Source: a virus
Strand: one strand, 5' to 3'
Length of the DNA stretch: 55,308 nt
Virus record (IMG/VR): IMGVR_UViG_3300045988_052571
A program made the position numbers and the translations under genes. The notes under the pieces were generated by a model. It was not told the DNA's origin. It did no database searches and saw only the letters and a list, made by a program, of their open reading frames with translations. Below are positions 1 through 8,481 of the stretch, piece after piece (within the stretch, counting starts at the first letter, position 1; each line of letters begins with the position of its first letter).

Positions 1-55
1 GTTGGTGGACGAACCGCAACGCCGGACGAACCCATGCGTTGAGATTTCGCCTTAC
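1..55. repeat. 55-bp terminal direct repeat identical to 55254..55308 (circular-contig overlap or short terminal redundancy)
   Basis: Both window ends read GTTGGTGGACGAACCGCAACGCCGGACGAACCCATGCGTTGAGATTTCGCCTTAC; an ORF reads through the junction. Confidence 0.9.
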
Positions 56-100
56 AGCGTTATTTTCATTATTCCACTTCCCGGAAAACTGGTACGCTGA
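1..100 (+). CDS. int: 3' end of the large serine recombinase gene (continuation of 53695..55308 after circularisation; unique part 56..100)
   Basis: The frame open at 55308 continues at 56 as SVIFIIPLPGKLVR and stops at TGA 98..100; positions 1..55 duplicate the last 55 nt of the window. Confidence 0.75.
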   Translation, partial: LVDEPQRRTNPCVEISPYSVIFIIPLPGKLVR

Positions 101-194
101 TAAAATCCATCTGCCGCTTTGCATAATACAATTCGCTTCTACGTTCTTTATTCTTTCGGACAGAGGTTTGCATTCCGTCACCTCCACAGACAGC

Positions 195-243
195 AAAAAA
201 TCCCCCGCCAGCTTTCCTTTCGGATTGCCAGCGGGGGATTTTT
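195..243. terminator. bidirectional intrinsic terminator between convergent int and lysis genes
   Basis: AAAAAATCCCCCGC ... GCGGGGGATTTTT: 13-bp GC-rich stem flanked by an A-run and a T-run. Confidence 0.6.
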
Positions 244-303
244 AGTTATGCAGTTTTAATGCACTGATTCGTCAGTTTGCCGTACACGTCCTCGTACAAC
301 CTT

Positions 304-621
304 TCAGTGCAGGAATGCCGCCAGTTCATAGGCTACAATGCCGGAAATAAGCGCCGCAATGACCGCCCACCACAGCTTGTTTCCAAATGCTCCGGGGGCT
401 TTTTCTAATTCGGTCAGGCGGTCGTCCTGCCTTTTGTTTTGAGCTGTGACGATTTCAAGGCTTTTGTTCGTTGATTCAAGTTGCTGGATTGTCAGCTTGA
501 TGTTGGTGTTCATGCCGTTCACCGCGTCGGTCAGCCTTTCCAGGTCATCGAGTCGGTGGGTGTTGCTCTTGCTTCTGCTTTCAACATCCGTCAAGCGGTG
601 TTCCAGTTCCTCGTCAGTCAT
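304..621 (-). CDS. XhlA-like lysis-associated membrane protein
   Basis: 105 aa; N-terminal coiled-coil and a single C-terminal TM helix (LWWAVIAALISGIVAYELAAF); first of three lysis genes. Confidence 0.55.
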   Translation of the reverse strand: MTDEELEHRLTDVESRSKSNTHRLDDLERLTDAVNGMNTNIKLTIQQLESTNKSLEIVTAQNKRQDDRLTELEKAPGAFGNKLWWAVIAALISGIVAYELAAFLH

Positions 622-1009
622 ATTTGTTGTCCTCCCCCGCCTTACCGAAACGGGCCACAGTTGCGGTTTCCTTGGATTTCTTTTCCATGTATGCTTCGAG
701 CTTGCTCTTGGTGACTTTGAAAATCAGTTCAACGAAAAAGTCCAGGAACTTTTCGTTGATAGCCCAATCTAACCAGTCAGGTGTCAGATCGCGCAGGGCT
801 TTGATAACCTGCTTCTTTTTCTCTTCGCCCATCTTCGAGCCGATCACGTTCTCTTCTGCCCAGCAAATCCATTTGTAGGCAGCCTTTGCCACGACGACGC
901 TGTAACCCAGGCGCACCAGAGCCAGCGCGCCGATGAACACGCCGCCGACCAGGCACACGACTGCCATCCATGCAGGCATTGCAGAAATAACCATCTTGAT
1001 AGCTTCCAT
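614..1009 (-). CDS. holin (N-terminal TM helix, LL-H-like architecture)
   Basis: 131 aa; TM segment AWMAVVCLVGGVFIGALALV followed by a charged tail; sits between the XhlA-like gene and the endolysin. Confidence 0.5.
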   Translation of the reverse strand: MEAIKMVISAMPAWMAVVCLVGGVFIGALALVRLGYSVVVAKAAYKWICWAEENVIGSKMGEEKKKQVIKALRDLTPDWLDWAINEKFLDFFVELIFKVTKSKLEAYMEKKSKETATVARFGKAGEDNKYD

Positions 1010-1033
1010 GATATTTCCTCCGTTTCCTTTCTC

Positions 1034-1435
1034 TTAACCTTTCCAACGACTCTTTGCGGCGCGCACATCGACGTGCACAAAGTTGTCGTTGTAATACCGC
1101 CCGATTCCGCCCCGGTTGGGGAGCAGGGTTTCGACGTATGCGGCCAGCGTATCCACCGACACGCCAGCGATCCAGATGTCCGCAGCCTTTCCGTAGAGGT
1201 GCTTGCTGTAATGGGACGCATTCTTCTGCTTCGCATTATGCGACGCAGTACGGAACGCAGAGTTGATGTTCACCGCTTTTCCAAAGTGGGTGCGGATTTT
1301 TTGCAGAACTTCCACCAGTTCCGAATCAATAAAGATCGGATCAGAGCCGTCCTTGCATCTGAACTCGCGCACCTTAAAATCCGTGGACAGCTTTTTCGTT
1401 CCGTCCTTTGCCAGCGAATAGGCGTTAATCGCCAT
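1034..1435 (-). CDS. endolysin, peptidase M15 family (zinc D-Ala-D-Ala carboxypeptidase-like)
   Basis: 133 aa; motifs SAFRTASHN, HLYGKAADI and FVHVD match the H/D/H zinc ligands of M15 peptidases. Confidence 0.75.
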   Translation of the reverse strand: MAINAYSLAKDGTKKLSTDFKVREFRCKDGSDPIFIDSELVEVLQKIRTHFGKAVNINSAFRTASHNAKQKNASHYSKHLYGKAADIWIAGVSVDTLAAYVETLLPNRGGIGRYYNDNFVHVDVRAAKSRWKG

Positions 1436-1598
1436 CGTTCACATCTCCTTTCGGGCGCAGGTCTGCGCCGCAGGCTCTTGTACAGCACTCGGCAATGAGC
1501 GTGGCAAACTCCCCGCGCTCGTCGGAGGTATCAGCCCCCGCCGCTTCCAGCTTCTCAAGCAGCCTTTCGCACAGATCGGGCCAACTTCTTTTCTTCAT
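1425..1598 (-). CDS. hypothetical small protein (start uncertain)
   Basis: Internal Met of ORF 1425..1643; overlaps the RT 3' end; no recognisable motif. Confidence 0.2.
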   Translation of the reverse strand: MKKRSWPDLCERLLEKLEAAGADTSDERGEFATLIAECCTRACGADLRPKGDVNDGD

Positions 1599-2739
1599 AA
1601 GTCCCTTTCCAGATGTCCGTTTCCGGCCCGGTTTGTCTACCATACTTCTGCATGGTGTCCCGGTAGATCAGGTTCAACCGCCCGCGCAGGCTTGCGCTCT
1701 GCGTGTGCGCCAGCAGTCCTTTGATGCTGGCAACGCGGCGGTCAAAATCTTCCTTGCTCATTTCCCCGGTGGCGTACATCTCCGTTATCTTCTTGACCTC
1801 TCGCTTCAACCTGCCGACGGTGGACTTGCGCAGTTTCATGTGGGTTGCGTAAATCCGCACTCCTACAAATTCAATGCCCATGCTCACCGGGCGGATGCAG
1901 GTCTTGTCGTTCAGGTCAAGGAACAATTCATCCCGCAGGAATGCTTCGATTCTCTCTTTCCACTCTTGGAGCTGTTCTTTCGTTTCGGCCAGCACAATTA
2001 CATCATCCATATACCGTATATAGTAGTGGATGTGCAGAACGTGCTTGGCGTATTGATCCAGCTCGTTCATGTAGATATTTGCGAAAAGCTGGCTTGTGAG
2101 ATTGCCTATCGGCATACCCACGTCGTATAACCATTCTTCCGGCGGCGTGTCTTGCGGTGTTCTCCCGCGCGGCAGGCCAAAGGCTTCTGCCCGACTGTTT
2201 ATCACGCTGTCCAGGAAGCGCATCAACTCCGGGTCTTTGATTCTTCTGGATAAAATTTCTAGCAGCTTGGCATGGTTTACCCGGTAGAAGAATTTGGATA
2301 TATCCAGCTTTAAGTAGTACCACTTCGCGTCTGGTTTCCGGCTGACCTGCCGCATCCAGTATTGCAGGCGTTGTGCCGCTTTGTGGCTGCCCTTATCTTT
2401 CCTGCACGCATACGAATCCTCGATAAAGAGTTTGTCGTATATCGGGTTGAGGTACTGGTATAGGCTCCACTGTACGATACGATCAGGATAGCGCAGGGCC
2501 ATCACCAAACGCTTCTTTGGTACGAAAACCCACAGCTTGCGGTACGGGCCGAGAATGTATGTGCCGCCCTGCATCTGCGCTTGGATCACAAACAGGTTAT
2601 GTTCAAACGCCGCAGTAAAAGCCAAAATCTCTTGTCTGTACCGTTTTCCTTTGCGGGCGTTATGGTCGGCCTCACAGAGATATTCAAACTCCGTTATGAC
2701 CGCCCATGCGTTTTGAATTGTCTTTATTTCACCTGGCAT
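1555..2739 (-). CDS. DGR reverse transcriptase
   Basis: 394 aa; DGR-type motif MPIGNLTSQLFANIYMNELD and catalytic YIRYMDDVIV; lies directly downstream of the TR; RBS AGAGG. Confidence 0.9.
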   Translation of the reverse strand: MPGEIKTIQNAWAVITEFEYLCEADHNARKGKRYRQEILAFTAAFEHNLFVIQAQMQGGTYILGPYRKLWVFVPKKRLVMALRYPDRIVQWSLYQYLNPIYDKLFIEDSYACRKDKGSHKAAQRLQYWMRQVSRKPDAKWYYLKLDISKFFYRVNHAKLLEILSRRIKDPELMRFLDSVINSRAEAFGLPRGRTPQDTPPEEWLYDVGMPIGNLTSQLFANIYMNELDQYAKHVLHIHYYIRYMDDVIVLAETKEQLQEWKERIEAFLRDELFLDLNDKTCIRPVSMGIEFVGVRIYATHMKLRKSTVGRLKREVKKITEMYATGEMSKEDFDRRVASIKGLLAHTQSASLRGRLNLIYRDTMQKYGRQTGPETDIWKGTYEEKKLARSVRKAA

Positions 2740-2919
2740 TTCTGCCTCTTTTCACCGTCGCCGTGTGTGACGTTACCGCCTCCACGGCAATTCAAAATTT
2801 TTCCGGGTTGCTCTCCCGGAATGGAAATGCGCTCCTTTAGACACACGCACCGACTATGACCCGTAGATCACAGCCCCCATATCCAGCGTGGTGTCGCCGC
2901 ACATAATGTGACGTGGTGT
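2740..2919 (-). ncRNA. DGR RNA spacer between TR and RT (expected to be co-transcribed with the TR)
   Basis: ORF-free 180 nt between TR and the RT start, in the position of the priming spacer in characterised DGRs; boundaries are inferred. Confidence 0.35.
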
Positions 2920-3035
2920 AAAGCGGAACGGCCCCCGATGTTCCAGTTGGAATTGCTGCGCGGATTGTTGAGGTTCAAGTTGAACAGGCCGGCGTTGCCG
3001 CCATTGTTCCAGTTGCCGCCCCGATTCGGAAGCCG
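2920..3035 (-). repeat. DGR template repeat (TR)
   Basis: 116 nt aligning without gaps to 3635..3750 and (111 nt) to 49614..49724; every mismatch is at a TR adenine (T on + strand); Asn-codon-rich frame. Confidence 0.92.
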
Positions 3036-3074
3036 AGTATAGTACATTCCCATGTATGAAAATCGGCAAACCGC

Positions 3075-3518
3075 TTATAGCGTCTTTATGTAGCCGCCCA
3101 GCAGTTTGCCTATTTCCTCGTTGTATTTGGCCCACACCTCGTATTGGTGCATCGTAAGTGGCGGCGGGTACTTGCCCCCGTGTAACTTCTTACTCGCCGC
3201 CAGCCGTACCATTCCGCGCAGTACGTCCAGCTCCACGTCGAGATTCTGGGTCGTGGTTTTCTTAAAATATTTGCGGTCGATTTCGATACTCAGGCGATAG
3301 ATCGTCAGGATGGATTTCTTCAACTCGTCTGCGAGTTCCCGGTCTTTCCGTGGAAAACTCATTGTCAACGGGTAGCCGTAGTCCACCATTTCCTCGATCT
3401 TTTCCCTAAGATGAAACGGCTCCACCTTTTTCTCGTCGTTCTTTTCTCCCGCGCCCTTTTCGGGCTTCCCCTGCTGGGGCGGCACGTCGGCTTCTTTCGG
3501 CACAGTCAACACCTCCAA
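3075..3518 (-). CDS. avd: DGR accessory variability determinant (Avd)
   Basis: 147 aa, basic and helical; C-terminal EEIGKLLGGYIK resembles the Avd signature; located between target and TR. Confidence 0.8.
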   Translation of the reverse strand: MEVLTVPKEADVPPQQGKPEKGAGEKNDEKKVEPFHLREKIEEMVDYGYPLTMSFPRKDRELADELKKSILTIYRLSIEIDRKYFKKTTTQNLDVELDVLRGMVRLAASKKLHGGKYPPPLTMHQYEVWAKYNEEIGKLLGGYIKTL

Positions 3519-3577
3519 AAAATCGGCGCGGCGGCCCGCTGGCCCACCGCGCTTTCTGGTTTTTTATTTTTCGCTTC

Positions 3578-3599
3578 TGTCCTGCGCTACCGCGCAGGA
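3578..3599. other. GC-rich hairpin downstream of VR1
   Basis: GTCCTGCGC-TACC-GCGCAGGAC: 9-bp perfect stem, about 35 nt 3' of the VR1 end. Confidence 0.5.
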
Positions 3600-3609
3600 C
3601 GACAGCTTA

Positions 3610-4716
3610 TCAGGATTCAGCGGGCAGCTCCACAAAAGCGGAACGGCCCCCGACGTCCCAGTTGGAACTGCTGCGCGGATTGCCGAGGTACAAGTAGAAC
3701 AGGCCGGCGTAGCCGCCATCGCCCCAGTTGCCGCCCCGAAGCGGAAGCCGCTCTTCTGCGCCGTTGTTGAACCAGAAATAATCGCCGCCATAGGTGGTAT
3801 CAATGCCAGTGCCAGTAAGAGCGGCATCCGGCATCAGCGCCAGTGCCATAAGCACCAGCTTTGCAGCGTCGCCCACAGCAGAACCGGCAGTAATGTCCTT
3901 GAACGAGCAGCCGCGCCCCTCGTCTTTCTGGTCGGTGATTGTGGTGTCCCACACAGCCTTGCCGGACACGACGTTCAGCTTGATGGAGCCGGAGGTCGTG
4001 CCGTTGCCGTCGGGAGTAATCAGCGCACCGTCGCTGGCTCGGATTGCTTTCCATGCTGCGCTGGAAGCGGCCGTGGACACGGAGTTGTCGGCGGCGTTGT
4101 TGTCTGCAATGATTTGCAGTTCGCCCTTGTACAGACGCAGGCCGAGCAGCCACTCCCACACATTGCCGTTCATATCCCAGATGCCGTCCATCTGGCCGTT
4201 GTGACTCCACGGCAGCGGGCCAGTACCCGTCAGCACGCGGGCGGTCTTGCCGCTGTCCTGCACGCCAGGTGCGGGAATTGCATCGTATGTGGACTCGTTC
4301 GTGTCCTTGCCGTAATTATTATTGCCCCGCGGCTCACATCCGCGCTTGTGGCACCACAGGGCAACGGCGGCCCACTCGGCCACGGTGGCCTCATGCCAGC
4401 CCGTGCCGTTCGCCTTGGTCTTGCTGGCGAACCAGTCAAAGTTCTGGCTTACGGTGGGATCTTCTGCGGGCAGGCTGTATGCGCGCTCGTTGTAAACCTT
4501 GGTCTGGTATTTGCCAAAGTAGAAGCCTGCGATTTCCTTGCCGTTCACACGGAATGCCGGGTGAATGTCGGTGCTGGTGGTGGACAGAACATCACACAGG
4601 CGGAACGCAGGAATCCACACAAAGACAGACGGCATACCCTTGTCGTCCATCAGAATTTTGTTCTTGGGAAATGCGCACTGCAATGCAAATGCGGCTGCCT
4701 CGAAATTGTTTGCCAT
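3610..4716 (-). CDS. DGR target protein 1, FGE/C-type-lectin-fold receptor-binding protein (distal tail-fibre module)
   Basis: 368 aa; GWHEATVAEWAAVALW and GNVWEWLLG motifs; C-terminus LPLRGGNWGDGGYAGLFYLYLGNPRSSSNWDVGGRS is VR1. Confidence 0.9.
   Translation of the reverse strand: MANNFEAAAFALQCAFPKNKILMDDKGMPSVFVWIPAFRLCDVLSTTSTDIHPAFRVNGKEIAGFYFGKYQTKVYNERAYSLPAEDPTVSQNFDWFASKTKANGTGWHEATVAEWAAVALWCHKRGCEPRGNNNYGKDTNESTYDAIPAPGVQDSGKTARVLTGTGPLPWSHNGQMDGIWDMNGNVWEWLLGLRLYKGELQIIADNNAADNSVSTAASSAAWKAIRASDGALITPDGNGTTSGSIKLNVVSGKAVWDTTITDQKDEGRGCSFKDITAGSAVGDAAKLVLMALALMPDAALTGTGIDTTYGGDYFWFNNGAEERLPLRGGNWGDGGYAGLFYLYLGNPRSSSNWDVGGRSAFVELPAES
3635..3750 (-). repeat. DGR variable repeat 1 (VR1)
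   Basis: 116 nt; 13 mismatches to TR, all at TR adenines. Confidence 0.92.
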
Positions 4717-4730
4717 AGTCTTTTACCTCC

Positions 4731-5162
4731 TTACAGAATGTTGAAGTCCTCGACGCTCCACAGGCTCAAGGTCACCTTGTCGGTGTCCAGCGGCTTTGCC
4801 TTGCGCTCAATGTGAGTCTTGGGTGCGGTGTCCTCGGTGCTGTCGTTCTCGTCCGCCACTTCTGCGGCGGCCATGACCACGTTTTCGGCCTCGCCCTCAA
4901 CTTCCACTTCCTCATACTCGGTCGCCGGAATCTCGACGATGGCAACATAGAAGCGGCCATCGGCGTTCTTTTCGGGCAGGGTATCGGGCTTGTCGATCAG
5001 CAACAGGTTGCCGTCCTTGTCACCGATCACCGTCTTGGTAATATCGCTGTCGCGCTGGTACTTTGCCAGGTTCACGGTCAGCGTACCGTCCGCAAAGTCC
5101 AGCTTCGTGCCGTTCAACTCGTACTCGATTTTCCGGCCTTCGTTCAGCTCTACAACTTTCAT
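4731..5162 (-). CDS. hypothetical tail-fibre-module protein
   Basis: 143 aa with an acidic central region; tightly packed between fibre genes. Confidence 0.5.
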   Translation of the reverse strand: MKVVELNEGRKIEYELNGTKLDFADGTLTVNLAKYQRDSDITKTVIGDKDGNLLLIDKPDTLPEKNADGRFYVAIVEIPATEYEEVEVEGEAENVVMAAAEVADENDSTEDTAPKTHIERKAKPLDTDKVTLSLWSVEDFNIL

Positions 5163-5163
5163 G

Positions 5164-5700
5164 TTACTTCATACCTCCTGTCACTTTCACGGCCACAACA
5201 ACAGTCTTTGCGCTGCCGTCATGGGTCAGCTTGAAGCCGTTCACCAGCTTGTCGCTCACGGTAATGTCGCCCAGCCTGCCGCCGGAATAGCTTTTGACAG
5301 CCACGTCCACGTCATAGCTGGTGTTCTTTCGTGTGGTCGTCAAGGCCACCGCCGTTTCCTTGGTGCAGAACGGCCACGGATTGCTGTTCGCGGTCAGGGT
5401 TACTTCCTTGACCTCTGCGGCAATCTCCGACTCCACCGCCGACAAGCGGCTGTTCTGCGTGGTGTCGGTGGACTTGATGCTGGCAATGTCCGTGTCGTGG
5501 CTGTTGCTGGAAGTTTCCAGCACACCCAGCCTGCGGCCAAACCACAGCACGACGTTCTGAATGATGCGGTATGCCAGATGGATGTCGGAAATGCCGACCT
5601 CCATGTTGTTCAAGTGTGCCTGGTCGATCAGCGTACCCTGCTGAATAACCTGTCCGTCCTGATCCTCCACCTGGTCTACCCAGAATGTTCTATTGTGCAT
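5164..5700 (-). CDS. hypothetical tail-fibre protein
   Basis: 178 aa; placement after the baseplate genes; no motif recognised. Confidence 0.5.
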   Translation of the reverse strand: MHNRTFWVDQVEDQDGQVIQQGTLIDQAHLNNMEVGISDIHLAYRIIQNVVLWFGRRLGVLETSSNSHDTDIASIKSTDTTQNSRLSAVESEIAAEVKEVTLTANSNPWPFCTKETAVALTTTRKNTSYDVDVAVKSYSGGRLGDITVSDKLVNGFKLTHDGSAKTVVVAVKVTGGMK

Positions 5701-5716
5701 AACCTGTTGTCCTCCT

Positions 5717-6025
5717 TTACGTTGCTTCCACCAGCGGGAACGTGAAGCGCAGGAGTCCGGCGTTCACGCTGTCGCGGGTCAGGCTCACGGTCTGGCTCCC
5801 GGCCAGTTCACCGTTGCGGTCATACACACGAACCGCCGTGATGGTGTCTTTCTGGCCGGACGACGGAGCGTTGACGTACACCACGACTGCGTTCCCGACA
5901 ACCTGCTTCGAGTTGATTTCGCCGTCTTTCCATGTACTGCCGTTAAGCTGGTACTGGAAGCGGCTCACCGCCCGCAGCAGTTCTTCGCGGCGGGCTTTCA
6001 GAAAAGTATCTGTGAAAAAAGCCAT
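5717..6025 (-). CDS. hypothetical tail-fibre-module protein
   Basis: 102 aa; RBS GGAAAGGAGAAAG upstream. Confidence 0.5.
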   Translation of the reverse strand: MAFFTDTFLKARREELLRAVSRFQYQLNGSTWKDGEINSKQVVGNAVVVYVNAPSSGQKDTITAVRVYDRNGELAGSQTVSLTRDSVNAGLLRFTFPLVEAT

Positions 6026-6045
6026 GCTCTTTCTCCTTTCCCTGC

Positions 6046-6069
6046 ATAATAAAAGCCCCTGTCCGGGGC
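6046..6069 (-). terminator. short intrinsic terminator between baseplate and fibre/DGR genes
   Basis: Minus strand GCCCC-GGACA-GGGGC followed by TTTTATTAT. Confidence 0.4.
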
Positions 6070-6079
6070 GGTTGCAGCG

Positions 6080-7003
6080 TTACTTGTTACACTTTGCTCT
6101 GCCGCAGACGCGGGGTTTTACCTTGAACGCCTCCACCTTTACGGCGTTCGATACCGTAGCGGCGGAGCTTGCGCCCAGCGTGGCCGCCTGCGGCTTCTCG
6201 CCAGTTGCCGTGCCGTCGCCGGATTCCGCCGGGTGGATTTTGTAAGCGTCCATCTGCGGCGTAGCATCCAGCGTTTGTCCGCCGCTCCATCCCTTTGTGC
6301 TGATCCGTGGGATTGTACCCGTGATCTTCGGGCTGTCCAGGAATGCTTCTGCCTGTCCGCCGACGTTCAGCAGGCCGTTGGACGACCAGCCTAACGTACT
6401 GGGCCGCCAGTATGTGCCGCAGATTGCCACCCCGCAGATAGGGACTTTGTACGCCATGCACTCCACCTGCGCACCAATGGAAATTCCGTGCCGCACCATG
6501 TAGCTGATATGCTCAAGGTGAGCTGTCAGGCGCTTGGTGTAGCCCAGCAAATCTTCCATTTCGTCGATGGTGTGATACTGCGCCGGGGCATCGGTGATGT
6601 TCACATTCAGCCGCCAGAAGCCAGGAGTGCCGCCGTAGTCGAACCACTCTTCTACTTCGGAATCCGGGTAGGTCACGCTGACCTGTTCCCGGACGGCCTT
6701 TACCGTTCCGGCGTACCGCTGAATTTCAATGGCCGTCTTGATGATCCTGCGCTTTGTTTCCAGGTCTGCGGCGGAATCGTACCACTCAACCTTTAGATAC
6801 ACGGCCATCTGGTCGAGCGTTTCTTCGGAGCATTTGTCCACTTCTGAGAACGTCACACCAGCGTCAAGGCAATCCAGTACCCGGCCCTGCAACTCGGCGT
6901 AGACTTCGGACAAAACCTGCACCCAAGGCTGGGCGGCGACGATCTTAGGCACGCCGTCGGTTATCCTGGCCTCGCGGAGTTTAATCATCCTCGACACCTC
7001 CAT
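6080..7003 (-). CDS. baseplate/tail protein I-like (P2 gpI / Mu gp48-like)
   Basis: 307 aa; position directly after the J-like gene; the start may be Met6 (6988). Confidence 0.5.
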   Translation of the reverse strand: MEVSRMIKLREARITDGVPKIVAAQPWVQVLSEVYAELQGRVLDCLDAGVTFSEVDKCSEETLDQMAVYLKVEWYDSAADLETKRRIIKTAIEIQRYAGTVKAVREQVSVTYPDSEVEEWFDYGGTPGFWRLNVNITDAPAQYHTIDEMEDLLGYTKRLTAHLEHISYMVRHGISIGAQVECMAYKVPICGVAICGTYWRPSTLGWSSNGLLNVGGQAEAFLDSPKITGTIPRISTKGWSGGQTLDATPQMDAYKIHPAESGDGTATGEKPQAATLGASSAATVSNAVKVEAFKVKPRVCGRAKCNK

Positions 7004-8162
7004 AGACGACCGTTGGCTGGCCGCTCAACTTCGGAATCTGCACGAGTGCCTTTTCCTTGTCTGCGCCGCTCTCCACCACCTTGAAAGCAGGTTCCCGCAT
7101 TTCCACGCGCTTCACGCCCGCGGCGCGCAGGCGGTAGATCAACTCCATCGGGTTGATGTCCCGACCAATGGAGCGTTGCCAGTCCTGGTACTCCTGCACC
7201 GCCTGTGCCACATTCTGCTGCACGATGTCGGCGTTCTTCTTCGAGCTGGCCCCGATGTAGTAGGTGAAGTCGATGCTGTACTCCACCTCTTCCGGGGCCT
7301 TGCAGATCACAAGGTCTGTCATTGGGCGACGGGCCTCATTCATCATAAAGGTTTCCATTTCGGAAATGTCCTTTTCGCTCGGCATCTTTCCGCCCGTGAG
7401 CATGAAGTAGATGTATGCCGTGCAAGGCTGGCTTCTCGGAGAAATCGCAATGGCGTTTTCAATGTCAGAGCGAAAGCTCATAGCCCAGAACTCGTAGGCA
7501 TCACGCGGGCCTGCGCAACTGTACGTCGTGGGGGACAGCCAGATTCTACGGGTCAGGCTGTCGTCGCTCTCTACGTCTGCGCCGCCGCTGCTGGTATCAA
7601 TGTTCACAGCGCCAGCCACAAACGGGATTGCGTCTACCAGCGTATCAATAACGCCCGGTGGAATATCGTTGCTTTCCGCGCCGACTTCTTCCGCCTTTGC
7701 CAGCACATCAACGCTCGTTTCGCCAATGTTGATCTGGGCGTATTCCGTCGTGGCAAAATAAATACCCGCACCAGTTCGGATGCGGGTTCCCTGCGGAATC
7801 ATTGCCACGCTCTTCTGCGCCGCCGACAAGGTAAAGCGGATCGTCACCGTGGCGTATGTGGCCGGGTTTCTTTTCACGCCGAAAGGCAAGCCGATGTTGT
7901 CCAGCTGTGCGCCCTCTGCCGATTTCAGCATGGCGGCCAGTGCGCGCCGCTCCGCCACCTGCATAGCCATGTAGTACAGCATAGCCATGCTTTTAAGGGT
8001 CAGCGTCAGCGGGTCACTGTCGTACAGCGGCGGGGCCTTGGCATAAACCTTTTTGTAGTTCTCGGTGTAGATGTCCATAACAAGGTCACGCGCACCTTGC
8101 AGGGTGAGATTTCCTGTTACGCTGTACTCCGGGATGTCTGCAAACTCTGTGATATTAGACAA
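6981..8162 (-). CDS. baseplate J-like protein
   Basis: 393 aa; size and order W-J-I as in P2/Mu baseplates. Confidence 0.65.
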   Translation of the reverse strand: MSNITEFADIPEYSVTGNLTLQGARDLVMDIYTENYKKVYAKAPPLYDSDPLTLTLKSMAMLYYMAMQVAERRALAAMLKSAEGAQLDNIGLPFGVKRNPATYATVTIRFTLSAAQKSVAMIPQGTRIRTGAGIYFATTEYAQINIGETSVDVLAKAEEVGAESNDIPPGVIDTLVDAIPFVAGAVNIDTSSGGADVESDDSLTRRIWLSPTTYSCAGPRDAYEFWAMSFRSDIENAIAISPRSQPCTAYIYFMLTGGKMPSEKDISEMETFMMNEARRPMTDLVICKAPEEVEYSIDFTYYIGASSKKNADIVQQNVAQAVQEYQDWQRSIGRDINPMELIYRLRAAGVKRVEMREPAFKVVESGADKEKALVQIPKLSGQPTVVYGGVEDD

Positions 8163-8481
8163 TTTTCACCACCACCTTTGGCCGGATATATCCTTTCTTG
8201 CCGTCCTGTTCGCTATAATCAACCTGCTGCACCTGCGCGTGCTGTTCGTAGCGCGCCGTCTTTCGGGTGATCTCCGCGGTCAAGAGGGCTTCCGCCGCTT
8301 CCGCCGGGAGGCTCAAGCAGGAAATGTCCAGGCCAAACTCCCGGTCAAGGGTCTGTTCTCCTACTCGGCTTCCGTACAGCGTTATGAGGCGATTGTACAC
8401 GTCGCGGTCTTGGTCGCCATCGGACGGCTCAACTTCAACTTCGATGTCGCCCAGCAGCAAATTGTTCAGTTCGTTACTCAT
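8155..8481 (-). CDS. baseplate wedge protein, gp25/GPW-like
   Basis: 108 aa; position before J; short overlaps suggest translational coupling. Confidence 0.55.
   Translation of the reverse strand: MSNELNNLLLGDIEVEVEPSDGDQDRDVYNRLITLYGSRVGEQTLDREFGLDISCLSLPAEAAEALLTAEITRKTARYEQHAQVQQVDYSEQDGKKGYIRPKVVVKIV

Noticed and set aside
1-55. Terminal repeat as attL/attR of an integrated prophage
   Set aside because: No host genes flank the repeats, and the repeat lies inside the integrase coding sequence, which is restored by circularisation. Serine-integrase att cores are also only a few bp long.
39-245. 68-aa + strand ORF at the window start
   Set aside because: It starts at TTG in a different frame from the recombinase 3' end that occupies 2..100, runs through the bidirectional terminator, and has no RBS.
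1555-2739. RT as a retron, group II intron or Abi-type RT
   Set aside because: The IGxxxSQ motif, the adjacent Avd, and the TR with two A-mismatched VRs fit a DGR. There is no intron domain V/VI-like RNA, no maturase or endonuclease domains, and no msr/msd-like inverted repeats next to the RT.
2868-3053. 61-aa ORF MGMYYTRLPNRGGNWNNGGNAGLFNLNLNN...
   Set aside because: This is the translation of the DGR template repeat, not a gene. It has no RBS, and it is Asn-rich because the TR keeps adenines.
3564-3827. 87-aa ORF overlapping VR1 (a similar frame lies within 49392..49898 over VR2)
   Set aside because: These are alternative-frame readings of the VR sequences with Ala/Thr/Ser/Gly-rich composition. 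Only the distal 48 codons (49392..49538), which have their own RBS, are kept as a low-confidence peptide.
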